This document shows positions 27,314-33,479 of a stretch of DNA of 45,593 bases, piece after piece. This DNA comes from an uncultured Clostridia bacterium (lineage in GTDB: Bacteria; Bacillota; Clostridia; Christensenellales; Borkfalkiaceae): contig CALVLR010000155.1 in NCBI GenBank assembly GCA_944340685.1, forward strand, positions 1 to 45,593. Reading direction: 5' to 3'. Below the pieces are notes generated by a model. The model saw only the letters and a program-made list of their open reading frames with translations. It had not been told where the DNA came from and made no database searches. Both the position numbers and the translations under genes were made by a program. Position 1 is the stretch's first letter. Each line of letters starts with the position of its first letter.

Positions 27314-27351
27314 ATAACTATTCGTAAAAGCTGTGTTTTACGAATAGTTAT
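27314..27351. repeat. perfect 16-6-16 palindrome ATAACTATTCGTAAAA GCTGTG TTTTACGAATAGTTAT (candidate recombinase core site)
   Basis: Read directly from the sequence. Both 16-nt arms are exact reverse complements and the central 6 nt are asymmetric. Confidence 0.95.
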
Positions 27352-27456
27352 ATTTGTTTCCCCATCACCCAAAAAAGCAGTCGGCTCTTTTTTAAGCGCG
27401 CTGTTTTGATACATCGTTCTCATGCACGCCTGATGAAACTGAAAAACTTTCTCCCC

Positions 27457-27471
27457 TAACTATTCGTAAAA
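27457..27471 (+). repeat. third copy of the palindrome arm (TAACTATTCGTAAAA), abutting the recombinase promoter -35
   Basis: It is identical to 27315-27329. With the preceding CCC the direct repeat is 19 nt with 1 mismatch (27311-27329 versus 27453-27471). Confidence 0.9.
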
Positions 27472-27500
27472 TTGACTCAGACCCTTTTTTGTGCTATAAT
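27472..27500 (+). promoter_or_regulatory. sigma-A promoter (extended -10) of the XerS-like recombinase gene; the predicted TSS coincides with the ATG
   Basis: TTGACT (27472-27477), a 17-nt spacer ending in TGC, then TATAAT (27495-27500). ATG at 27507 lies 6 nt downstream and no SD is present. Confidence 0.6.
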
Positions 27501-27506
27501 GTTTGT

Positions 27507-28577
27507 ATGGCAAATCTGACGATGGACGGCTCCGATTATTATCGCGAGCGCAATCTCAAAAATCTTGATAAGATCGATGTACTTCTCGAGGAACTTCCCT
27601 ATTTCTGCGAGGATTTTCTGCGCGGCGTGGAAACGCGCACAAGTACTTTGACGCGCCTCAATTATGTATACGATCTTCGGATCTTTTTTGATTTCCTCTC
27701 TAAAAAGAAGTTCCGCGGCAAAAATGTCCGTGAGATCACTTTGGAAGATCTTGAAGCTGTGACGGATACCGATATTGAGATTTTCCTCAGTTACCTTTCC
27801 AATTACCGCTTTCATGAGAAGCGCCTCTCCTGCGACGAGCGAGCAAAGGCGCGCAAGCTTTCTGCCGTGCGGTCGATGTACAAGTATTTTTTTCATAAAG
27901 GTCTGATCGAAACGAACAACGTCTCCAAGGTCGCTACGCCGAAACTTCATGAAAAGGAGATCATCCGTCTGGAAGGCGCCGAAGTCCCCTCTCTTTTAAA
28001 AACTGCGGAATACGGCGACGGGCTTTCCAAACACGCGGCCGGCTATCATGAAAAGACGAAGATCCGCGATACGGCGATCCTTACCCTCTTTTTGGGGACG
28101 GGGATCCGTATCTCCGAACTCGTAGGCCTGAACGATGAAAGCATCGATTTTTCGAACAACTCTTTTGTCGTTACGCGCAAAGGCGGGAATAAAGCCATTC
28201 TCTATTTTTCAGAGGAGGTCGGCGATGCGCTTGCGGCTTATCTTGCGCAGAAAGAAGAAGATCCAAATGTCCCCGCTGACGAGCATGCCCTCTTTCTCTC
28301 CATGCAATACAGGCGTATCACCGTTCGGGCGGTTGAAAATTTAGTCAAAAAATATGCCAAGATCGTGACGCCGCTCAAAAAAATCACGCCGCATAAACTG
28401 CGCTCAACCTACGGTACGGCGCTTTATCGCGAGACGGGCGACATTTACATCGTCGCGGATGTTCTCGGTCACCGCGACGTCAATACGACGAGAAAACACT
28501 ATGCCGCGATCACGGAAGATCACAGAAAATCGGTTGCAGGCGCCGTCAAACTGCATGATGATCGGGAGGACGACTGA
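27507..28577 (+). CDS. XerS-like tyrosine site-specific recombinase
   Basis: Catalytic signature is present: GTGIRISEL (Arg), TPHKLRST (HxxR) and GHRDVNTTRKHY (His/Tyr). Its 356-aa length, the VTRKGGN segment and the N-terminal LPYF...YVYDLRIFFDFL resemble streptococcal XerS as I remember it. The alternative start is ATG 27522. Confidence 0.85.
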   Translation: MANLTMDGSDYYRERNLKNLDKIDVLLEELPYFCEDFLRGVETRTSTLTRLNYVYDLRIFFDFLSKKKFRGKNVREITLEDLEAVTDTDIEIFLSYLSNYRFHEKRLSCDERAKARKLSAVRSMYKYFFHKGLIETNNVSKVATPKLHEKEIIRLEGAEVPSLLKTAEYGDGLSKHAAGYHEKTKIRDTAILTLFLGTGIRISELVGLNDESIDFSNNSFVVTRKGGNKAILYFSEEVGDALAAYLAQKEEDPNVPADEHALFLSMQYRRITVRAVENLVKKYAKIVTPLKKITPHKLRSTYGTALYRETGDIYIVADVLGHRDVNTTRKHYAAITEDHRKSVAGAVKLHDDREDD

Positions 28578-28579
28578 AT

Positions 28580-29800
28580 TTGGAGAACGTTTATATTTTG
28601 CAGCCCGTGATTTCCGACCGTTCCGAGGCGCTGCACGATGAAGCCGTGGCGCTCATCGAGAGCGCGGGCGCGGCATATGCCGGCACGATGTACGCTCGGA
28701 TCCGCGAGGTCAATCCCGCTACCTATATCGGAGAAGGAAAACTCGCGGAGCTTTGCGAGCGCCTGCGCGGGCTTGACGTGACGGTGCTGTTCAACGGCGA
28801 GCTGTCCCCTTCTCAGACGGTCAATCTTTCCGAGGGATTGGAAGGAAAAAAGGTCATCGACCGCACGACGCTGATCCTCGATATTTTTGCGCTGCGTGCA
28901 GAGAGCAGCGAAGGGAAATTGCAGGTCGAGCTTGCGCAGCTTCGCTATCTCTATCCGCGCCTGAAGGGAAAAGGCAGCGCGCTGTCCCGTCTCGGCGGCG
29001 GGATCGGTACGCGCGGCCCCGGGGAGACGCAGTTGGAAACCGACCGCCGTCATATCCGGTCGCGCATCCGTTCCTTGGAGGAAAAGCTCGGCAAGACCGA
29101 GAAACGGCGCAGTCTGCAAACACAGCGCCGTCAAAAGGACGGCGTGCGCACGGTCGCGCTCGTAGGTTATACGAATACAGGGAAATCTACCCTTCTCAAT
29201 GCGCTTACCGGCGCCGACGTATTTGTAAAGGACGCTCTTTTTGCGACCCTCGACCCTACATCGAGACGCTTGGAAATTCAAGGCATGCAATTTTTGCTCG
29301 TTGATACGGTCGGTTTTTTGCAGGATCTGCCGCATCACCTCATCGAGGCATTCCGTTCCACACTGGAAAGCGCGCTCCACTGCGATCTGTCGCTCATCGT
29401 ATGCGACGCAAGCGCCGACTACGAGACGCAGTTTCGAACGACCATGGATACGCTCACAGACCTTGGGTTTGCCGCGCCGTACCTGCTTGTAATGAACAAA
29501 TGCGACAAGGCTGCTGCGGCAGGACAGATGGCTGCCCTTCCGCATGACGCCGTTTGCATTTCGGCAAAGACGGGAATGGGACTCGACCGGCTGAAAGCCG
29601 ACATCTTTTCCAGACTGCGCGACCGCTTTGTCTGCGTTGAGCTGTTTGTTCCGTACGCGCACTCCGCACAATACGGAGCGATCCGTTCCCTGCTCTCCGA
29701 ACGGGAGATCGAATATACCGAAGAAGGCATGAAGGTGCAGGCGGTGATCCCGATCGAACATGCCGAAAAGTTCCGCAGCTTTTCGCAAACGGCGCGATGA
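28580..29800 (+). CDS. hflX: GTPase HflX
   Basis: Contains the HflX N-domain (IDRTTLILDIFALRAESSEGKLQVELAQLRY), GTRGPGETQLETDRR, G1 GYTNTGKSTLLN and G3 DTVGF. TTG start at 28580 lies 10 nt after GGGAGG. Confidence 0.88.
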   Translation: MENVYILQPVISDRSEALHDEAVALIESAGAAYAGTMYARIREVNPATYIGEGKLAELCERLRGLDVTVLFNGELSPSQTVNLSEGLEGKKVIDRTTLILDIFALRAESSEGKLQVELAQLRYLYPRLKGKGSALSRLGGGIGTRGPGETQLETDRRHIRSRIRSLEEKLGKTEKRRSLQTQRRQKDGVRTVALVGYTNTGKSTLLNALTGADVFVKDALFATLDPTSRRLEIQGMQFLLVDTVGFLQDLPHHLIEAFRSTLESALHCDLSLIVCDASADYETQFRTTMDTLTDLGFAAPYLLVMNKCDKAAAAGQMAALPHDAVCISAKTGMGLDRLKADIFSRLRDRFVCVELFVPYAHSAQYGAIRSLLSEREIEYTEEGMKVQAVIPIEHAEKFRSFSQTAR

Positions 29801-29822
29801 TCGATATGCAGCAGAGAAACGG

Positions 29823-29847
29823 AAAGACGGGCTTTTTGCCCGTCTTT
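29823..29847. terminator. bidirectional terminator between hflX (+) and the Cys-rich gene (-)
   Basis: AAAGACGGGC-TTTTT-GCCCGTCTTT, a 10-bp stem flanked by A and T residues. Confidence 0.8.
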
Positions 29848-30041
29848 TACTTCTTGTTTTCGCGTTCGTATTCTTTCGGATCGGTATAGATTTTATCGAT
29901 CTTGATCGCGGCATACTCTCGGATATTGAGGCATTTGCCGCAGTTATCGCAGATCTTGTTTGGATCGAGGTCGCAGATCTCGCATTCCATACAGCCGTCG
30001 CATTCCTTCTCGTCGTCGAGGACGCACATTTTCCGTTCCAT
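29847..30041 (-). CDS. small (64 aa) 8-cysteine protein of unknown function, divergent from lexA
   Basis: The sequence is MERKMCVLDDEKECDGCMECEICDLDPNKICDNCGKCLNIREYAAIKIDKIYTDPKEYERENKK. Its cysteine pattern is C-x7-CxxCxxCxxC-x7-CxxCxxC. It has its own -10 element and terminator. I chose the ATG at 30041 because the TTG at 30089 lies at or before the predicted TSS. Confidence 0.6.
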   Translation of the reverse strand: MERKMCVLDDEKECDGCMECEICDLDPNKICDNCGKCLNIREYAAIKIDKIYTDPKEYERENKK

Positions 30042-30094
30042 AGTGATAAGTATACCCTCTTCTTCCGGAAAAGGCAAGAAATTTTGCAAAAAAA

Positions 30095-30124
30095 ATTATA
30101 TTTTTTTAGAACAAATGTTTGCAA
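30095..30124 (-). promoter_or_regulatory. sigma-A type promoter for the Cys-rich gene, sharing its -35 with the lexA promoter
   Basis: Read on the minus strand: TTGCAA (30124-30119, a palindromic hexamer), an 18-nt spacer, then TATAAT (30100-30095). Confidence 0.5.
30108..30121. promoter_or_regulatory. LexA operator (Cheo / SOS box)
   Basis: AGAACAAATGTTTG matches the Gram-positive consensus CGAAC-N4-GTTYG (GAAC-N4-GTTT). It overlaps the -35 of lexA and lies between the two divergent -10 elements. Confidence 0.8.
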
Positions 30125-30147
30125 TTTCGGCGCTCTTATGCTATAAT
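30119..30147 (+). promoter_or_regulatory. sigma-A promoter (extended -10) of lexA
   Basis: TTGCAA (30119-30124), a 17-nt spacer ending in TGC, then TATAAT (30142-30147). Confidence 0.65.
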
Positions 30148-30168
30148 CATTTTAAGGAGGATCCTCCC

Positions 30169-30774
30169 ATGCTGAATCAGAGAAAATTAGACGAAGTTCT
30201 GGCGTTTATCAACCGTTATACAGATGAAAACGGCTTTCCCCCTACAGTACGCGATATGTGCAGGGAGCTGGGTATCAAATCGACGGCGACCGCCTACGAT
30301 TACATCAATCGTCTCAAGGAACAAGGGCATCTCGAAAAGGCAGCGGGCAAAAAGCGCGCGGTCTCGTTAAAAAGCACGGGCGGCACGGTGCGTATCCCGT
30401 TGGTGGGAACGGTTACCGCAGGTACTCCCATTCTTGCGACGGAAAATTATGACGGATACTATGTCCTCCCCTCTGCAGAGTTTGCGGGAGACGGACTCTT
30501 TCTGCTGACCGTTCGGGGCGACAGCATGATCAAAGCAGGCATTTTTAACGGGGATAAGATCGTCGTACGCAAGCAGGAGACGGCGGAGAACAACGATATT
30601 GTCGTCGCGATGTTTGACGACGGCATCTCCGAGGGCGCAACGGTCAAACGGTTTTTCCGCCGCGGCGGAAAAATCGTGCTTCATCCTGAGAATGACGCGC
30701 TGTCTGACTATGAGCTTGATGAAGTTACCATTCTCGGGAAAGTGATCGGACTTATCCGTTCCAACATCGAATGA
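30169..30774 (+). CDS. lexA: SOS repressor LexA
   Basis: Has an N-terminal winged HTH, the VTAG cleavage site, the GDSM Ser nucleophile and the VVRK Lys of the S24 peptidase. An AAGGAGG SD precedes the start. Confidence 0.95.
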   Translation: MLNQRKLDEVLAFINRYTDENGFPPTVRDMCRELGIKSTATAYDYINRLKEQGHLEKAAGKKRAVSLKSTGGTVRIPLVGTVTAGTPILATENYDGYYVLPSAEFAGDGLFLLTVRGDSMIKAGIFNGDKIVVRKQETAENNDIVVAMFDDGISEGATVKRFFRRGGKIVLHPENDALSDYELDEVTILGKVIGLIRSNIE

Positions 30775-30786
30775 TCCAATTGTATG

Positions 30787-30817
30787 GAAAAAGCGCAGCG
30801 AATCGCTGCGCTTTTTG
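30787..30817. terminator. bidirectional terminator at the convergence of lexA (+) and rluB (-)
   Basis: AGCGCAGCG-AAT-CGCTGCGCT flanked by AAAAA and TTTTT. Confidence 0.85.
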
Positions 30818-30819
30818 TA

Positions 30820-31524
30820 TTACAGATTTTTCAGATAGAAAACTTCGTCCTGCGAGAGTTTTCGTACCTTGCCGCGGTCGAGTCCCGTCAGCGTCAGATC
30901 GCCGATCCGGATGCGTTTGAGAAAATCAACATTTTTTCCGATCACCTCGAACATACGGCGGATCTCGCGGTTCTTGCCTTCGGTGAGCACTACATGGAGC
31001 TTCGTATATTTTTTATTTGTTTCCATGACCGTCACTTTGCACTTTTTTGTGACGACTCCCCTTTCGATCTCGACGCCTGCTCTGAGCCGATTCAGCTGGA
31101 TATCGGTAATCGTGCCTTCAATGCGCACGAGATATGTTTTTGCGATCTCGCTTTGCGGGGCGGTGAGACGATATGCAAGTTCTCCGTCATTGGTCAGGAT
31201 GAGCATCCCCTCCGTATCGTAGTCAAGCCTGCCGACGGGAAATACGCGTCCTGTTCCTGCGGGAAGAAGGTCCATCACCGTCTTTCTGCCTTTGTCGTCG
31301 GAGACGGTACAGACGTACCCTTTCGGCTTGTTGAGAAGATAGTACTCATATCTGACTTTGTGAGAGAGCGTTTTTCCGTCGAGCATGACGGTGTCGGAAG
31401 CGGAGACGTCGTCGCCCGCTTTTGCGATTTTTCCGTTGATGGTAACGCGGCCGTCCGCTACGATCTCGTCGCATCCGCGTCGGGAGGCTACGCCCTGTTC
31501 GGCAAGAAATTTATTGATTCGCAT
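30820..31524 (-). CDS. rluB: RsuA/RluB-family 23S/16S rRNA pseudouridine synthase
   Basis: Has an S4 domain (MRINKFLAEQGVASRR), the catalytic motif GRLDYDTEGMLILTNDG and KTY...REIRRM. Confidence 0.88.
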   Translation of the reverse strand: MRINKFLAEQGVASRRGCDEIVADGRVTINGKIAKAGDDVSASDTVMLDGKTLSHKVRYEYYLLNKPKGYVCTVSDDKGRKTVMDLLPAGTGRVFPVGRLDYDTEGMLILTNDGELAYRLTAPQSEIAKTYLVRIEGTITDIQLNRLRAGVEIERGVVTKKCKVTVMETNKKYTKLHVVLTEGKNREIRRMFEVIGKNVDFLKRIRIGDLTLTGLDRGKVRKLSQDEVFYLKNL

Positions 31525-31539
31525 GGTGATTCCCAAACT

Positions 31540-32553
31540 TTATTCATTCGTTTGTTCCATGATATATAAATTTTGCGAAAAAAGCAAGCGATTCTCCAGG
31601 AGAATTTGCATTTGCCCCGCGATTTCTCCCGCCGTTTCGGGGCGCGGTTCAATGAAAGTGAGCCGGCGTTCGACCTGCGCCTGTTCCCGATCGGTGAGCG
31701 GATAAGAAAAATGATAGCGGATCTTGCATCCATCGACAGTTTCGTCCTGCGAGCAGAGCTGCGTAAGCGAATACGCTTCAAATGCATGATCGAGCAGCGC
31801 TGCGGAACGCTCGTACATGGACGGGCAGTTCAGGACAACGGAAACAACCGTCATACCCTCCCGTTCGGCACCCGTTACAAGGCATCTCCCCGCTTCCGTC
31901 GTGAACCCTGTTTTAATGCCCGCTGCGCCCTCATACTGCGCCAGCATCTTGTTTTTATTCGCCCAGTTCCGCGGGGAATAATATTTGGTGGAGACGATGG
32001 TGCGGAAGGTATCGTTTTCCATTGCGTGCGCGGCAATCAGCGCCAGATCGCGCGCCGTTGTGCGGTGATCTTCGGCGGGCAAGCCGTGCGGATTGGCGAA
32101 GGCGCTGTCCGTTGCGCCGTAAAAAACTGCCCGTTCGGTCATCTCCTGTGCGAAGGCGCGGATACTTCCGCTGTGGTGCAGGGCAAGTGCGACCGCAGCG
32201 TCGTTGCCGGATCGAAGCATCAGCCCGTACAGCAATTCTTCGATCGTATAGCGTTCGCCTGCGCGCAGGTAGATACTCGAGCCTTCTGTTCCCGCTGCTT
32301 CGGCAGGGATCTCAATCGTCTCGGTCAGATCGCAGTCTTCTATGATGATGATTGCGGTCAGTATTTTTGTCGTGCTTGCTATCGGTAGGCGGCGTTCCGC
32401 ATTTTCTGTGTGCAGGACCCGCCTTGACGAGACCTCCACAACGCACTCGGCGCCGGACAGAGAAGCGCCTTCGGCGCTGACGCGGGCATGAACAGGAATG
32501 ATCGCAAGAAACAGCAGCGCCGCCGCGGCAACGCAGCAAACCGGTTTATTCAT
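31540..32553 (-). CDS. serine-type D-Ala-D-Ala carboxypeptidase (peptidase S11, DacB-like)
   Basis: Has a signal peptide plus the SxxK (ASTTK), SxN (SGND) and KTG (KTGFT) motifs. It lies downstream of scpAB, as dacB does in Bacillus. Confidence 0.85.
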   Translation of the reverse strand: MNKPVCCVAAAALLFLAIIPVHARVSAEGASLSGAECVVEVSSRRVLHTENAERRLPIASTTKILTAIIIIEDCDLTETIEIPAEAAGTEGSSIYLRAGERYTIEELLYGLMLRSGNDAAVALALHHSGSIRAFAQEMTERAVFYGATDSAFANPHGLPAEDHRTTARDLALIAAHAMENDTFRTIVSTKYYSPRNWANKNKMLAQYEGAAGIKTGFTTEAGRCLVTGAEREGMTVVSVVLNCPSMYERSAALLDHAFEAYSLTQLCSQDETVDGCKIRYHFSYPLTDREQAQVERRLTFIEPRPETAGEIAGQMQILLENRLLFSQNLYIMEQTNE

Positions 32554-32914
32554 CGCCGCGTTTGATCATCCTCCCGAGGAGGTCGCCCGCCTTCTCAATG
32601 AGCCCGTCAAGCGGATCGTCCGTGACGCGGACGAGACGGCATTCCTTTCCGTCGTCGATGAGAAATCCCGCCGGCTTGACATTGACGACGGTCCCTGCGC
32701 CGCCGGCAAACGGAAGGCATTCGCCGTCTTCGATTTTTTTGACGTCGCCGTATTCTCCTCCGCCCGAGAGATACCCCATCGTCACTTTGGTGAACGGTAT
32801 GACCTGCGCGCCGCTCGCTGTAATGACGGGCTTCCCGATGACGGTGTTCACATCCACAAGTCCGGTCAATTTTTCTGCCGTTTTTTCCATGATTCTGTCG
32901 ATCTTTTTATCCAT
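32546..32914 (-). CDS. ytfJ: GerW/YtfJ-family sporulation protein
   Basis: The core VIGKPVITASGAQVIPFTKVTMGYLSGGGEYG...AGGAGTVVNVKPAGFLI is typical of YtfJ. ATG at 32914 follows a GGAGGG SD. Confidence 0.85.
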   Translation of the reverse strand: MDKKIDRIMEKTAEKLTGLVDVNTVIGKPVITASGAQVIPFTKVTMGYLSGGGEYGDVKKIEDGECLPFAGGAGTVVNVKPAGFLIDDGKECRLVRVTDDPLDGLIEKAGDLLGRMIKRGDE

Positions 32915-33441
32915 TCCATCAAACCCTCCAACATTTTTTTTGTGAGCGCGATCGCGAGCACAAGCCCGTTGAAGACCACGGCTGCGCGGACCGAAATTTT
33001 CAGGCATCGTTCGTTATGCAGGAGAGAGCGGTTTTTCAACGAGAGGAAATTGCGATTTTCCCGCAGGACAGAAAAGACCGCGCCCGCCGCAAGCGTGAGA
33101 AAGGCTGCAATGAGCACGCCTTTTGGCTCATTTGCGCCGTCCGTCTCCACGATCTGATGATAGCGCCAGAGCTGGAACCCCTGCGTGATCTCGAATTGCT
33201 TGCGCGCCGCCGCCATTTCCGAATACTGCAGCAGAATCGCTTTTTTCTTTGTAAGATGAAATACAAATCCTTCCGTCCGTATCTCTGCATATCCGCCGAA
33301 CAATTTGAGCTTGTGGAACAGCGATATGCAAAACCATGCGCGGTTGCCCGAAACATCGGCATATGCATCCACATACAAAAAGACGGGAAATAAAAAAAGG
33401 ATCGTGCCTGCAAAGAACGAATATACAAAAAATTCGCCCAT
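32866..33441 (-). CDS. DUF2953 / YtfI-like membrane protein
   Basis: Has an N-terminal TM helix and sits directly upstream of ytfJ, as in the Bacillus ytfI-ytfJ pair. Its start codon lies inside the 3' arm of the scpB terminator. Confidence 0.55.
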   Translation of the reverse strand: MGEFFVYSFFAGTILFLFPVFLYVDAYADVSGNRAWFCISLFHKLKLFGGYAEIRTEGFVFHLTKKKAILLQYSEMAAARKQFEITQGFQLWRYHQIVETDGANEPKGVLIAAFLTLAAGAVFSVLRENRNFLSLKNRSLLHNERCLKISVRAAVVFNGLVLAIALTKKMLEGLMEWIKRSTESWKKRQKN

Positions 33442-33459
33442 ATCCGTAATATGGGCGAA
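33427..33459 (-). terminator. intrinsic terminator after scpB that overlaps the ytfI-like start codon
   Basis: Read on the minus strand: TTCGCCCATAT-TACGG-ATATGGGCGAA followed by TTTTTT. The stem is 11 bp and starts 20 nt after the scpB stop. Confidence 0.75.
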
Positions 33460-33476
33460 ACGCTGTAAAATTATGT
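33447..33476 (-). promoter_or_regulatory. possible forespore (sigma-F/G type) promoter for ytfI-like/ytfJ
   Basis: Read on the minus strand: ACATA, an 18-nt spacer, then CATATTA. From memory the sigma-G consensus is GHATR-N17/18-CAHWHTA. The -10 ends 5 nt before the ATG. Confidence 0.3.
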
Positions 33477-33479
33477 AAT

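Noticed and set aside
27314-27351. The palindrome read as a PurR, CcpA (cre), ArgR or LexA operator, or as a plain terminator.
   Set aside because: The core TTCGTAAAA / TTTTACGAA does not fit the cre, ARG-box, Cheo-box or PurBox consensus or orientation as I recall them. As a terminator the stem is AT-rich and is followed by only a weak T-tract (ATTTGTTTC), and the real terminator of the upstream gene is at 27101-27130. An unknown repressor operator cannot be excluded.
27043-27423. A 126-aa minus-strand ORF in the AT-rich gap.
   Set aside because: It overlaps the 3' end of the GH13 gene and reads through that gene's terminator and the 38-bp palindrome. It has no SD and its composition looks like noise.
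27507-28577. The tyrosine recombinase read as a phage or ICE integrase marking a mobile element.
   Set aside because: There are no phage, conjugation or cargo genes on either side. There is no adjacent tRNA att site and no direct repeats bracketing a larger island. The flanks are glycogen genes and hflX-lexA.
30042-30089. The long form (80 aa, TTG 30089) of the Cys-rich ORF.
   Set aside because: The TTG lies at or upstream of the TSS predicted from the minus-strand TATAAT at 30100-30095. The ATG at 30041 is therefore preferred, although its SD spacing (GAGGG, 13 nt) is long.
10012-30124. Other long antisense ORFs: 10012-11616, 15115-16689, 16392-17450, 19729-21066, 20982-22568, 23052-24041 and 28520-30124.
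   Set aside because: The explanation is the same: they shadow strongly supported sense genes (htpG, ilvC, glgB, glgD, glgA, glgP, hflX). None has an SD, a promoter or family motifs. They are a by-product of codon bias rather than overlapping genes.
30784-31569. A 261-aa plus-strand ORF opposite rluB.
   Set aside because: It is antisense to a clear pseudouridine synthase and begins inside the bidirectional terminator. It has no motifs.
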